64,000 bases of DNA from a virus. Each line of letters begins with the position of its first letter. The stretch's first letter is position 1. A program made the translations under genes and the position numbers. The DNA lies in IMG/VR virus record IMGVR_UViG_3300007723_000001, positions 1-64,000 of that record, one strand, 5' to 3'. Shown here one piece after another: positions 40,434 through 51,516 of this stretch. The notes under the pieces were generated by a model. It did not search any database. It was given only the letters and a program-made list of their open reading frames with translations, and was not told the origin of the DNA.

Positions 40434-43400
40434 CTAATTGATATTCGAGGTACTAACTCTTATATTTCTCACAAAAGGAGTTAATACTCTTGAAGATGAA
40501 ATTAGTGCAAATCTTATAACTAAGTTATTACTATTAAAAGATCTACCAGGTATAAAAGAAGCTAAATATTCGTTAGTATTTAATAAGTTATTAGACAGTA
40601 ATAACTCGGTATCGTCAAAGTTACTCCAACTTCTACCATCATCAGTACTAACTGATAGACTTACTGAGGCCTTATTAGGGATAAACGCTTCATAGTACAC
40701 AAAGACTTTATCTATATCTTTATTAAATTTGAAATCTTTAACTATGAGTATACCAGTAGTACTATTTGTATAAATAGTTATTGATGAACTTTCTATATCA
40801 AGTAGTGGAGAGATTCTTCTACTATTAGTCGATAGTATAGCTCTGAGATTTAATGTAGATGCATCATGATCTAAACAATTTACTTTATTTGGTAAAATGT
40901 CCTTCCAGCTATTATTTAAATTAGTCGAATACTGATAAGTTATAGAAGTACCTTTAGGTAATATATCCCTACAATTAATACAAAACTTGTTTATAAAGGC
41001 TATCCCATCTTGTATACCATAATTCCCTAAAGAGACTATAGAACTAAAAGAAGTAAAGGATGCAATGTTATGTTCATAAGTTAAAGTAGACTTTTCATCT
41101 TCTATAATGTTATATCCATTAGGAGAGTAAAAAAGACTACCCTTATATAAAGGTTGGTTACCAATAGTATAACCGTTATTAAGATCTGGTTCCCCTAAGG
41201 TAGCAGTAAATATCTCATATCTATCAGATAGAGAATTAAGAGATAATGAATATGAAGAGCCACTATCTAATAATATTGGCATATCATATTCAAATTTAGA
41301 AGGTTCAATTGCCCTTAAATCTGATTTATAGTCTTCACATTTACCAATACCTAAAGTCTGATTACCAGGACCAAAAGAGTTAGTATCTTTAATTAATAAT
41401 TCTAAAGGATATTGATAATCTAAATTTCTTAAATATATATTAGTAGATAATAGTAGACAATCTACAGGTAAATTAAACAGCTGAGATAAGCTACTATATT
41501 CTTGATTAATATATAAAGTATTACTCGTATTTAATATACTAGTTCCTGTAGAGTTAGAAGAATTCATTACTTGACTATCTATATCCTGTGCCAACGGTTG
41601 GGAAGAAGTTGGTAAATAATTTGATGATACATCATTAATACTAGAAGAATTAGCTATTTGATTAAGTAATGTACTATGAATTCTAAGAGAAGCACTAGCA
41701 TAAGATTTAGTACCAATTATTTCTAGTAAATGTGTACCTACATTCATTGGTTTATCTAATTGTATAGATATTAATATTTCTCCCATTTTATTAGATCTAA
41801 TACCATCTGGAGAAATACTTGCATCATTAAGAATCCTAAAATAAGACATTTCTTCGCCATCTAAAAAGATAGTGTTATGTCTATCGTTAGGTCTTATGCC
41901 CCATACATAAATTAGTATTTCTTTATTAACTTGAGTTTCTAATAAGTCGAAACATATTTGTATTTCAGTATCTTCCAAAACAGTCCCATATAAAGTAGAA
42001 TTACTAAACTCATCGTAAAGTCTAATCAGATCTTTAGTGACATCTGCCGATAGAACTGTGTTATCTCCTAGTTGATTGCTATTACATGGATTAATCTTAT
42101 TATCTATATACTTAGATACTCTGACATCTCTTGGATATACTTTAATACTTCCTCTTATATAATTTGAATTAGCTGATAATGCTTCATTTATTAAAGGTGT
42201 AATTAGTCTATATCCAGTTGCTCTGAGTTGGCGTACTAATGATTCTTCTATATAGGGTAATGTAACAAAACTATTCCTATCTCCAATATAAGAATATTTA
42301 TGTAGTACTCCACCACTTTCATATTTAAGACTTAGTTCTTTTATAGACGTAGAAGTAGTATGACTATTATTAAGAGGAGTCCAAGATACTGTAGAGTCCG
42401 TCTTATTTAAATCTCCAATACAATTGAAAGACGATAAGTTGTATACAAGTGAAGGATCTTTATTGTCTTTAATCAACGTAATCTGATCCTCTAAATTAGA
42501 TATATCCACCTCTAATTCTCTTATCCTTTCTTCTAGATTTCTAAGTTCTTTAACTGTAAATCTTTTATTTTTTATTGGTAAAATCTCAACTCTATCGGCA
42601 TATATATAAATATATGCTAAAGGTAAGTAGTCTTGAGATATTAATGGAATTATAGGGTTCTCAGAACTGGAACTTAATTGATAGTTTATAGAAGTGTCAG
42701 TATCAATAAATATAACTCCAGCTCTTGCTAAGGAATAAGAGTAATCAACATCAAATGAATATCCTTTGGCAGGTCTTCTACCACCTGGTAAGAAACTAAT
42801 AGAGTTTTTAGTTTTATCGAATTTATAGTCTTCATTCTCTATTAATGGTTGGGTATATAAAAAGCTTACAAAATAGGTCGTACCAATATCAGGCTCATCT
42901 CCCCCAGGTGCCCAAGATATGTATTGTTGATCAATTAAGTTAAAGTCTAATCCTTGTACATAAACTTTATCTCCCTGTCGGACTTCTAATATCTCATATA
43001 TTGAATCATCTTCTAAATAATCTTCATCTTCTTGGCCTCTTATCATAGGATGATCTAATACTCTTAACTCTGCCACTACTTGAATGACTTCGTGAGCTAA
43101 CTTTTTACCTAATGTATAGTCAAGCTTAGAATGACTATTCAATATCTTACTATTCTTATCTATTAAAAGGCCTCCACTTACTTCTGTAGACACTAATAAG
43201 TTTCTTTCAGAAACAGAGGTAGTAGATAAAGATAAGGATGTATTAGATAGTTTGTTAACTGAAATATTACTTTTTATTAAAGCTCTAATTATAGAAGGGC
43301 TAATAGTAAGTTTAGTAGAAGAGTCCATAGAATATGCTTCTAATGAAACATTATTAGAAACTAAAGCGTTGGACATAATTCCATTAATAAACTCAGTTAA

Positions 43401-44675
43401 TATATCGCTTATAGAGTTAATATTTAAGTTATCGTTGATGATTAATTTATATATAACTTTAATTAACTTACTCTCAAATATAACTGGCGATAAAGTTAAT
43501 TCTATGGAAGCAGAGTTATCTTTTATCTGTTGTACAGATATAGATGTAGGAATTGATATTGTTCTATTGGTAACCGCCGTATCTTCCTGAAACGTAAATC
43601 TGGCTGATATGACCTTATTAGTCTCTATATTTCTAGGGATGTTCAATATAGTATTACTCAACTTCTCGACTCTATAACCTTTTATATAAGCTACTCCAGG
43701 AGATACGTTGAATACTTCCTTCCCCTGTATATTTTGTATAGAATCTAAAGTAATACTAGAATCAATAATGTTATCTTCTTTATCTTCAACCAATAAATAT
43801 AAGTTGCTAACATCCCTTTCTCTTTCATTTATAGATTCTCTGATAGAATCAATCCTAGCTAAATTAAAAGGAGTAGGTGAGGCAGCACTATCAGTCAATG
43901 CTTGAGTTAAATCTCTCCTCAAGCTGTCAAGAGAAGATTGAGTAGAGCCTAATTGACTTCTAAGTATAGATAAATTATCTAAGTCTTCCTGTATATTTTG
44001 TTGAAGAGAATTAGTTTTATTAGGTGACGATGATAAGGAGCTTTCAGTTATTGTCTTTATATGGCTAACATTAAATCCCTGAACTAGAAAATTACCATTT
44101 CTCTCATAGATATAAGAAGCCAATATATCCTGTACCAAATATATTGGATTTATTTCTTTCTGTATAATTTGTCCATCAATAACTTTACCGATAGCGTAGG
44201 CCTCTTCATCATTAATAACTAAATCAGGTGTCCAGACTAACCTTGCAGCCCCCTCAAGACCATATAAAGAAGAACCTTTAATAGGATCTCTTAAGTTAGG
44301 ATCATCAAGCTCTGTAATTATTGTTTCATTTATCTTAACTCCTATTACAAAAGTGCCTATATTCAAAATCTCAAATGACTTAGCAGGTATATTAAATACA
44401 AATCCTTCTACATAAAAATTACCTTGAGTGACCTGTATTTCAATAGCCTCTTCATCAATATACTTTTGTATAATCTTCAATCCCTTTAGTCTAGAAGCTT
44501 CTCCAAACAGAATGTCTAATATCTCTTTAGTATTACCTTGTATAAGACTTTGTATCTCTATTAATTCAGATGACTGTATAGGTCTTCCAGAAACAGGTAA
44601 TATCTTCGACCAGTTACTATCAGGACTGTATCTATCTGTATATAAAGGATTGTTCTTATAAGAATTTATTTTCAT
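40434..44675 (-). CDS. DUF4815-like large virion/baseplate protein
   Basis: Y.DRY.P...W..IL...GRPIQ..EL.EIQS; YERNGNF.V.GF; SPG.AYIKGY; TVKELR.LE.RI. Confidence 0.75.
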   Translation of the reverse strand: MKINSYKNNPLYTDRYSPDSNWSKILPVSGRPIQSSELIEIQSLIQGNTKEILDILFGEASRLKGLKIIQKYIDEEAIEIQVTQGNFYVEGFVFNIPAKSFEILNIGTFVIGVKINETIITELDDPNLRDPIKGSSLYGLEGAARLVWTPDLVINDEEAYAIGKVIDGQIIQKEINPIYLVQDILASYIYERNGNFLVQGFNVSHIKTITESSLSSSPNKTNSLQQNIQEDLDNLSILRSQLGSTQSSLDSLRRDLTQALTDSAASPTPFNLARIDSIRESINERERDVSNLYLLVEDKEDNIIDSSITLDSIQNIQGKEVFNVSPGVAYIKGYRVEKLSNTILNIPRNIETNKVISARFTFQEDTAVTNRTISIPTSISVQQIKDNSASIELTLSPVIFESKLIKVIYKLIINDNLNINSISDILTEFINGIMSNALVSNNVSLEAYSMDSSTKLTISPSIIRALIKSNISVNKLSNTSLSLSTTSVSERNLLVSTEVSGGLLIDKNSKILNSHSKLDYTLGKKLAHEVIQVVAELRVLDHPMIRGQEDEDYLEDDSIYEILEVRQGDKVYVQGLDFNLIDQQYISWAPGGDEPDIGTTYFVSFLYTQPLIENEDYKFDKTKNSISFLPGGRRPAKGYSFDVDYSYSLARAGVIFIDTDTSINYQLSSSSENPIIPLISQDYLPLAYIYIYADRVEILPIKNKRFTVKELRNLEERIRELEVDISNLEDQITLIKDNKDPSLVYNLSSFNCIGDLNKTDSTVSWTPLNNSHTTSTSIKELSLKYESGGVLHKYSYIGDRNSFVTLPYIEESLVRQLRATGYRLITPLINEALSANSNYIRGSIKVYPRDVRVSKYIDNKINPCNSNQLGDNTVLSADVTKDLIRLYDEFSNSTLYGTVLEDTEIQICFDLLETQVNKEILIYVWGIRPNDRHNTIFLDGEEMSYFRILNDASISPDGIRSNKMGEILISIQLDKPMNVGTHLLEIIGTKSYASASLRIHSTLLNQIANSSSINDVSSNYLPTSSQPLAQDIDSQVMNSSNSTGTSILNTSNTLYINQEYSSLSQLFNLPVDCLLLSTNIYLRNLDYQYPLELLIKDTNSFGPGNQTLGIGKCEDYKSDLRAIEPSKFEYDMPILLDSGSSYSLSLNSLSDRYEIFTATLGEPDLNNGYTIGNQPLYKGSLFYSPNGYNIIEDEKSTLTYEHNIASFTSFSSIVSLGNYGIQDGIAFINKFCINCRDILPKGTSITYQYSTNLNNSWKDILPNKVNCLDHDASTLNLRAILSTNSRRISPLLDIESSSITIYTNSTTGILIVKDFKFNKDIDKVFVYYEAFIPNKASVSLSVSTDDGRSWSNFDDTELLLSNNLLNTNEYLASFIPGRSFNSNNLVIRFALISSSRVLTPFVRNIRVSTSNIN

Positions 44676-44760
44676 TTAGCGAAGGTATTATTATATAGAC
44701 TATTAATTAATAAATTATAAGGTTTAATAAATTATTAAATATAATTTAATAGAATATCAA

Positions 44761-45321
44761 TTATACCTTCATCATAATTTCTATTAAAGGAAATCCTTTT
44801 TCTAATCTATATATAGGACTACAAAAAGTAATGAAATGAGTATATCCCCAGCTTTCAATATCACTTGGGAAAAAAGTTAACTGATTAAGATTTACATAAT
44901 CCTTAAAGATTATCTCAGAGTTAAAAGCAATAACTCTAAAAGTCTCAGTATTAAAATCAGAAGGTACTATATTAACAGCTACATAAATATGAGAAGGTGA
45001 AGGCACAGGTACTCCTTCTATATATTGAATTTCTTCTGGTTGAAATAGATTCCAATTTTTACCTTTATATATCAATTCACCACAAGAACTTTCATTAGCT
45101 AACAATAATCTTTCTACTCTTTTAATTATTATGGGTTCTGGAGGGATATTAGAAATACTAGGTAAAGGTGATGGAACTAAATCTCTGTTTTCACTAGACC
45201 AGGGTGTAGGCTTACCTAGTATTATTACTGGATTAGATATACCTTCTATGAACTTTATAGCCCTATAAAGTAAATGGGATTGAGTAATTGTTGAGTAACT
45301 AAGAAATTTATATTTATCCAT
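44761..45321 (-). CDS. Baseplate wedge subunit (T4 gp8-like)
   Basis: LGKPTPWS.E....P.P, HIYV......F.....FR.IA, PIYR motifs. Confidence 0.6.
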   Translation of the reverse strand: MDKYKFLSYSTITQSHLLYRAIKFIEGISNPVIILGKPTPWSSENRDLVPSPLPSISNIPPEPIIIKRVERLLLANESSCGELIYKGKNWNLFQPEEIQYIEGVPVPSPSHIYVAVNIVPSDFNTETFRVIAFNSEIIFKDYVNLNQLTFFPSDIESWGYTHFITFCSPIYRLEKGFPLIEIMMKV

Positions 45322-45384
45322 TTTAAAGTTAGGCTTTTGTCTTTTTTATTAAAGTTCATATTTATCAATTATTATTTTGATTGA

Positions 45385-46536
45385 TTATAAAGATTTATTT
45401 ATATCCTCTAATATTTCTTGGCTAGTTAATCCTATAGAAAATAATGAATTCTGTCTAGGGCCGTCATAAAGAGTTGCCAGTACTCCTGTATAATAATGGC
45501 CATTAGATGCTTTGAATCCACTCTTCAATAAAGGATATCTTCCACTTCGACTATCTAATTCTAAATGATCATTTATAGGTAAAGCTGATATAGAGATATT
45601 AAATCCAGTACATAATACAATACCATCACATTCTTTTATCAGATTAGACAAGTTGTATGTTCTATCATATTCTTTTACTATTGTATATCCATCTTTAATA
45701 GACTGTAACTCTTCATTAATATTAGGAGTAATGGAAGGACCCCAAGCCTTAACTTTCTCTAAATAATCTATCTGATGTTTTGGGTCTATAGTCAACTGTC
45801 TATAAAAGTCACTGAAACAACTTTTAGCTTGCCAATCTTTATATGTTGGTATAGGGTATTGTTGTACTTTGATTGTTTTATCTCTAACTACCCAATAAAC
45901 GTAGTTACCTTTATCCACTAAGTATTTAGTGTATTCTGCTCCAGCTTGACCTCCTCCACAAACTAATATAACTTTCCCAACTGGTGGTTCCTTTAATATT
46001 TGCTGATATCCCAATAGTTTTACATTAACTTGTGAATTATTTACCCAAGGAGGTACTATCCTTTTATAACCTGGACCAGAAGCTATAACTATTCTATTTC
46101 CAGCTATTACTTTATTAGATGATAGTCTAACTTGGTTATATTTTATTTCTATAACTCTATCCTCTTGTAAAGTAAAATTGTTATTGCCTAATATATAAAC
46201 TTTATATAAGTAATTGATATAGGAATAAAAAACATCTCTTGATACATAATGATTACATTCTTCGTAATCTCTATAGGTTTTGTAATCTTCATATATAGAT
46301 ATATATCTGTTAAGAGAATAAGTATTTCTAATATCTTTACTACATAGAGATACTAGGTCAAATGAAGTAGGACTTCTCATATCCATACTATTTATTAGCT
46401 GAAGACTACTCCATGTTTGTAACGGATTTGGATCAATGCCAATTACTCTATATCCCGCATCTAAAAGCCTTAAAGCTACTCCTAATCCTCGAGGCCCTAA
46501 TCCTATTATTATTACAGTAAGATCTGATGGTTTCAT
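45385..46536 (-). CDS. FAD/NAD(P)H-dependent flavoprotein, lysine/ornithine N-monooxygenase-like (IucD/PvdA/SidA fold)
   Basis: IIGLGPRG FAD motif, MRSP, IVIASG, VCGGGQAGAE NAD(P) motif, VLCTGF, YYTG. Confidence 0.75.
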   Translation of the reverse strand: MKPSDLTVIIIGLGPRGLGVALRLLDAGYRVIGIDPNPLQTWSSLQLINSMDMRSPTSFDLVSLCSKDIRNTYSLNRYISIYEDYKTYRDYEECNHYVSRDVFYSYINYLYKVYILGNNNFTLQEDRVIEIKYNQVRLSSNKVIAGNRIVIASGPGYKRIVPPWVNNSQVNVKLLGYQQILKEPPVGKVILVCGGGQAGAEYTKYLVDKGNYVYWVVRDKTIKVQQYPIPTYKDWQAKSCFSDFYRQLTIDPKHQIDYLEKVKAWGPSITPNINEELQSIKDGYTIVKEYDRTYNLSNLIKECDGIVLCTGFNISISALPINDHLELDSRSGRYPLLKSGFKASNGHYYTGVLATLYDGPRQNSLFSIGLTSQEILEDINKSL

Positions 46537-46592
46537 AATATATTTAGTTAATTAATTTTATTAATAGTCAAATAGATCAGGACTTATAATTC

Positions 46593-49500
46593 TTAACTAA
46601 CAAATCCATATCTGGGTCTTACTGTTATTACTTTATACGTCTCAAAGGGTAATAGCATATCTACGGAATATACAGTCTTATCGTAAGACAAACTGAGATT
46701 ACCTTCATTATCAACATTTATATAAAGCTGGGAAGATGTAGCATAATCAAGAGTTAATTCATACACAGTACTTCTATTGTAATCATATACCCCACAACAT
46801 GGGATTATTGCTTTATAGCTAGGGATATAATTAGAAGTTCTAATTTGTATGTCTCCTTCTATATTGCCATCGTCCTCTATTAAATCATAGCAACCCTCAA
46901 ATTGAAGTCTTGATCTATAAAAATGGTTAACACCTAAAGACTTAACTTCCATAACATATTCGTCTATAGAAGGAGTAACAGGATAATTAGTATGTATATC
47001 TATCACCGGACTAGTTGCATAGTAATTGTCTGATATCCAACTATCCTGAGGATCAGGTATAAATCTTAAGTCTTTATAGTAGTTATAAGTAAAATAAGAA
47101 TCAGTAGAAGTTATATTAGGCTCTGTGACTATACTATCAATACCAAACAAAGTAATAGTGTCTACTATAGCTTCTGATACATTTGCTTCTCTTAACATAT
47201 AAGCTTTTATTCTTTCTTTATAGTCATAGTCAGTTTCACCATCCCATCTAAATAAAGAATAATCTGATCCATAAAAATCAATTTCCCTATTTTTAGATGT
47301 AGTTAGATTATTAGCATCTAAAGATCTATTAAACCCTACATACCAATTAGCTAAACTTTTAGAAGTAGTGATTAATAGTTTCCCTAAGTTGCCTTTTGGA
47401 GATATTGCTTTTTCATTAAACCATCCAAATTTAGTTGGCATTAAGTCACTGACTTTTTGGTAAACAAATCTTCTTGACATTAATAATGTCTCTACGTCCG
47501 GCCAACAGTCAATATTAAATAATGAATTATTAAATAAAGATTCATTAAGACAAAAAGAAGAAATTGCTGATGTAAAAACTCTTGTGTCAATATTATTGTT
47601 GATATGTTGATGAATAATATTAGTATATTTATTAACTAATAATATAGACGGAACGTAGTAAGAAATATTCTTTACCGTGTTGTCATAATTAAAAGATAAG
47701 TCTGACAGCAATCTTTGTGTTATAAATATATGGCTAAGAGAACTATGTAAAGGTAGCTGATCCTTTATTTTATTAATAAAGAAAGGAACAGTACTCCTAG
47801 TATCTTCTACTAGCAATTGTAGATAATCAAACCGCTTAGCTACTATATCATCTCTACTATAAGTAGTAATCAAATTACCTTTGCTATCAGTAATTTCTAT
47901 ATTAGGATCAGTATGTAAATACTTAGAATATGTTTTAAATGTTTCTAATATTGATTCTATAGCTTCAGATTTATTCAACTCTTTACTCAACCAAAGACCA
48001 TAAAGCAGCGATTCGTAAGAATAATCTACATCATCTAAATTGTCAACAAATAATCTTTCCTTATGAGAAAATAGAGAGTAGTTAATACCTTCATAAATAT
48101 CAGCTCCTGTATCAAGATATTTATAATCTCTGAATAAATCGTAGGTTCTCAATAAACTTAAACACACTGTCACGTTGGTAGAGGTTTCATAAATGTCTAT
48201 AGGTAAAGACTCTCTATATACTGTTGAATGGTTCCACCCTTTTCTAACTAAAGACAGTTTGGGATTATATTCGTTTATAAGATAAGAAGCAAGAGTTTCA
48301 ATTGTGTCATTATATCTTACATTATTAAAGACTTTATAGTAAGTATTATAGGCTAACAATAGCCATGCAATAGCTCTATTGTCTACAAGTCTAAAAGCAA
48401 ACTCATTATCCAGTACAGGTTCAAAGCAATCATCAGGACAAATAAGAGAATTGTTTAGTATAAATGAATTATTGAATATATTACAAGGAGCTTCAAAAAG
48501 ATTATTCATGAAACAATCCTGTATACGCTCTTGTTGAAGTTGATCATCATATATATCTTCATAAGTTATATATGAATATAGATGTAAAGGAATACTACCT
48601 GCTCTAGGAGAGGCTCCTTCTATATCTAATAATTGTGATAACCTATCTAGGTTATACATAACAATAAGCTCTAATTGAGGATCAAGATAGTAACCAATAG
48701 AATTATCCTCACATTCCTTACTATCTTTATAACCACTAAGTATTATATTTATTAAAGATATTGATAACTCTTCTAAATTAACATATTGATCAATGGGATT
48801 TAGATTTAATGCAGAACCACCATATGTTCTTAGTAAGGTTAATCCTGATGGTGTTTCTCCATAACGTATAGCTATTATCTGTTCATCTAAATAAGATATT
48901 GCTTTTAATATAACTACTTTTATACCTTTAGGAACTAAACCTTCATGTGTATAAGATCCATCGGATCTTAACGGTATATTCTCATATATAATGCTTATTT
49001 CAGAACCGTAATGAGGAATATATCCAATATCTAATACATAAGCTACCTCACTATTTCCAGCTCCTTTTACGAAACACTCTTTACCGCTTGGTGTGAATCT
49101 ACATAATTGATCGTAATCATCTTTATACGGTTTATAACAAATATCACAATCAGTATTACTAATAAATTCGTTATTAGTTAATGTAGCAATATACTCATTG
49201 TAGTAGTCAGTAATAACAAAGTTAGCTAGTATTCTTTCTTCAACTATGGGAGTTCTATAACAAAGAGAATAGCCTGAATCGGTAGGATAATATGGTTCGG
49301 AATATATAAGAGTTTTATCAACAAAAACACCAGGTTCAAATACTCCTTCTTCAAAAGGCTTAATACCGTAACTATAATGATTTATATATTTATAGTAGAC
49401 AGATGGTTCATCTAAACATTTCACTTCAGTACATCCAAAGAATCTATCATTAACAATATAATCGTCATCAAATAACGGAGTTCTACAGTTTGACTCTATG

Positions 49501-50408
49501 CATGACTGAACATCAATTAAAAACTTAGTTCCCTCTTGATCATAAACAATCTGAGGGTAAGTATTATTTTCTTCAATACAAAATATATGATCTAGCTTAA
49601 AACTATTAGTCGAATTGTCTAAATGAGTAGCAAAGATAGGTAAAAGATTATACATACAATCTGTATAACAATCCGATTCTGCACACGTTTCCTTCAAATA
49701 AGTGATACAAGTATTATGATAAAGTCCATCTTCAAAAACTCCATATTCATATACAGAATCACAACACACTACATAATCTAGAGAATCGGAAAAGCTATAA
49801 TTACAATCCTCAAATACATTGTCTTCAAAAGCTCTTTCATAAAGTTTTATTGTAGCTGATTGAGCCTCAATAGAATAACCTTTACATAGCCTATTACCTA
49901 CAATATGTTGATAACTTTGTAAATTTGATATATGGTTAGATTCCTGCCTTTCTGTGTAATTTGGTATTTCTACACAGTCAGTATCTTTGTAAGTCTTTTC
50001 TATATAAAGTTCTTTTTCAAAAAGTCCATCTTCAAATACTTCTGGTTCAAAGCATTTAAATCTTTCTTTAAGAACTTCAATTTCACATACATTGTTGAAG
50101 TCTTCATAACAACCTAGAAAACAATCTAAGAAAGCTCTCTTTAATCTATCATCTTTCACAAACACTTTACTCCATATACCATTGCCTTCAAAACAATCTT
50201 CGAAGCAATCAATATATATTCCATTATCTTCTAATAAAGCATTAATAACTCTACCTCCTATTCTATTAACTGGACCAAATTGTCGTCCTTCTTCAAAAGT
50301 AAAAGTTATACCTTTGTTATTTATTGAAGGTATTAAGAATTCCTTATTAGAACCTTCTAATGTAGATAGTTCAAGGACTTGGTTATAACAATCTTTTACA
50401 GGTAACAT
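46593..50408 (-). CDS. Large baseplate wedge protein (gpI/gp7-like C-terminus) with FE-repeat N-terminus and central helical-toroid-like region
   Basis: Follows baseplate J; ID.YG....L.R..GETD..Y..RI motif; repeated (C/V)FExG(V/L)FE. Confidence 0.6.
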   Translation of the reverse strand: MLPVKDCYNQVLELSTLEGSNKEFLIPSINNKGITFTFEEGRQFGPVNRIGGRVINALLEDNGIYIDCFEDCFEGNGIWSKVFVKDDRLKRAFLDCFLGCYEDFNNVCEIEVLKERFKCFEPEVFEDGLFEKELYIEKTYKDTDCVEIPNYTERQESNHISNLQSYQHIVGNRLCKGYSIEAQSATIKLYERAFEDNVFEDCNYSFSDSLDYVVCCDSVYEYGVFEDGLYHNTCITYLKETCAESDCYTDCMYNLLPIFATHLDNSTNSFKLDHIFCIEENNTYPQIVYDQEGTKFLIDVQSCIESNCRTPLFDDDYIVNDRFFGCTEVKCLDEPSVYYKYINHYSYGIKPFEEGVFEPGVFVDKTLIYSEPYYPTDSGYSLCYRTPIVEERILANFVITDYYNEYIATLTNNEFISNTDCDICYKPYKDDYDQLCRFTPSGKECFVKGAGNSEVAYVLDIGYIPHYGSEISIIYENIPLRSDGSYTHEGLVPKGIKVVILKAISYLDEQIIAIRYGETPSGLTLLRTYGGSALNLNPIDQYVNLEELSISLINIILSGYKDSKECEDNSIGYYLDPQLELIVMYNLDRLSQLLDIEGASPRAGSIPLHLYSYITYEDIYDDQLQQERIQDCFMNNLFEAPCNIFNNSFILNNSLICPDDCFEPVLDNEFAFRLVDNRAIAWLLLAYNTYYKVFNNVRYNDTIETLASYLINEYNPKLSLVRKGWNHSTVYRESLPIDIYETSTNVTVCLSLLRTYDLFRDYKYLDTGADIYEGINYSLFSHKERLFVDNLDDVDYSYESLLYGLWLSKELNKSEAIESILETFKTYSKYLHTDPNIEITDSKGNLITTYSRDDIVAKRFDYLQLLVEDTRSTVPFFINKIKDQLPLHSSLSHIFITQRLLSDLSFNYDNTVKNISYYVPSILLVNKYTNIIHQHINNNIDTRVFTSAISSFCLNESLFNNSLFNIDCWPDVETLLMSRRFVYQKVSDLMPTKFGWFNEKAISPKGNLGKLLITTSKSLANWYVGFNRSLDANNLTTSKNREIDFYGSDYSLFRWDGETDYDYKERIKAYMLREANVSEAIVDTITLFGIDSIVTEPNITSTDSYFTYNYYKDLRFIPDPQDSWISDNYYATSPVIDIHTNYPVTPSIDEYVMEVKSLGVNHFYRSRLQFEGCYDLIEDDGNIEGDIQIRTSNYIPSYKAIIPCCGVYDYNRSTVYELTLDYATSSQLYINVDNEGNLSLSYDKTVYSVDMLLPFETYKVITVRPRYGFVS

Positions 50409-50440
50409 CTAAATGTATAAATTATATGAGTATAAAGTTA

Positions 50441-51511
50441 TTAATAACTATTAAAGGTAAATTGTATATCTTCTATAACTATTAATTCTGAGTTATTAGG
50501 TACAATGTCTGCCACAGGTTCTATCAATCTAATAGACTTTACTCTGTCAAGAGTTGATAGAGAAGAAACTATAGTATCTCTATAAAGAGGCTTATTAATA
50601 GAAAGCGAGTTATTAAGACTACTAATTATATCCTTTGCTTGGGATTGAATAAAAGCAACGGCATCTACAGTAGTTATATCTACCACTAACCTAATAATTA
50701 CTGACCTTATCCTAATAGGTCTAATAAGAAAAGCAACACCTGCCGCTTTAACCCTATTTATTGTATTAGATAAACCTTCTATAAATTGGCTATCTGAAGA
50801 ATCAATATAAATAGTGAAGTAACCCGTAATAGGAGTATGTTCTTGAATATACATTCTTCTACTACCATACCTAGATCTATTAATAGCATTAACAATTGCT
50901 GACTTAGTTCCTGTCTCCGTACCTCTTAATCTAGCTATTATCCTAGCCCTAAAATCTTCATCTGTTTCTCTACCTGCTCCATTTTCTAAACCACCTACGG
51001 TATTCAATGTCAAAGAGTCTCTATATCTACCAATAGTAAAAGAATGTGAAGGAAGAGTTGAAGCATACAATTTAGTACCGGCAGGTAAATTGCTTTCAGA
51101 AGAGTTAGATAGTCCCTCTATCAAAATAGATTTCTCCACATTATCTGATATCTTTATAGTACTAACAGTTCTAAATTGTAGGGATTGATTAGGAGCAGAT
51201 AGTACTAGTCCTTGTGGTATTATAACTTCTTTACCCTTTACTAAAACATATCCTCTACTTACATCTCCATTACTTCTAATTAACCCATAGTCTAAAGCTT
51301 TAGCGTCAAGATAATCACCAGTAGCTGTTAATATATAAAAACTTTGAAATACAGTATTTAATCTAACATCTTGCTCAGTTATTGCGGAAGCTATAGCACG
51401 AAATATAGCGTATATATTTGTATAAGGATTAAAACCAGCTAAAGATGAGCCTACTGAAACAAGAGTAGTCCTAAAGTATTCTATTACTTCTTCTAATGAT
51501 CTTATTTTCAT
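50441..51511 (-). CDS. Baseplate J-like protein (P2 gpJ/Mu gp47)
   Basis: TATGDYLD....GL.R, G...ETDEDFRARI, GT..AI, K.AGV. Confidence 0.9.
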   Translation of the reverse strand: MKIRSLEEVIEYFRTTLVSVGSSLAGFNPYTNIYAIFRAIASAITEQDVRLNTVFQSFYILTATGDYLDAKALDYGLIRSNGDVSRGYVLVKGKEVIIPQGLVLSAPNQSLQFRTVSTIKISDNVEKSILIEGLSNSSESNLPAGTKLYASTLPSHSFTIGRYRDSLTLNTVGGLENGAGRETDEDFRARIIARLRGTETGTKSAIVNAINRSRYGSRRMYIQEHTPITGYFTIYIDSSDSQFIEGLSNTINRVKAAGVAFLIRPIRIRSVIIRLVVDITTVDAVAFIQSQAKDIISSLNNSLSINKPLYRDTIVSSLSTLDRVKSIRLIEPVADIVPNNSELIVIEDIQFTFNSY

Positions 51512-51516
51512 TTATA

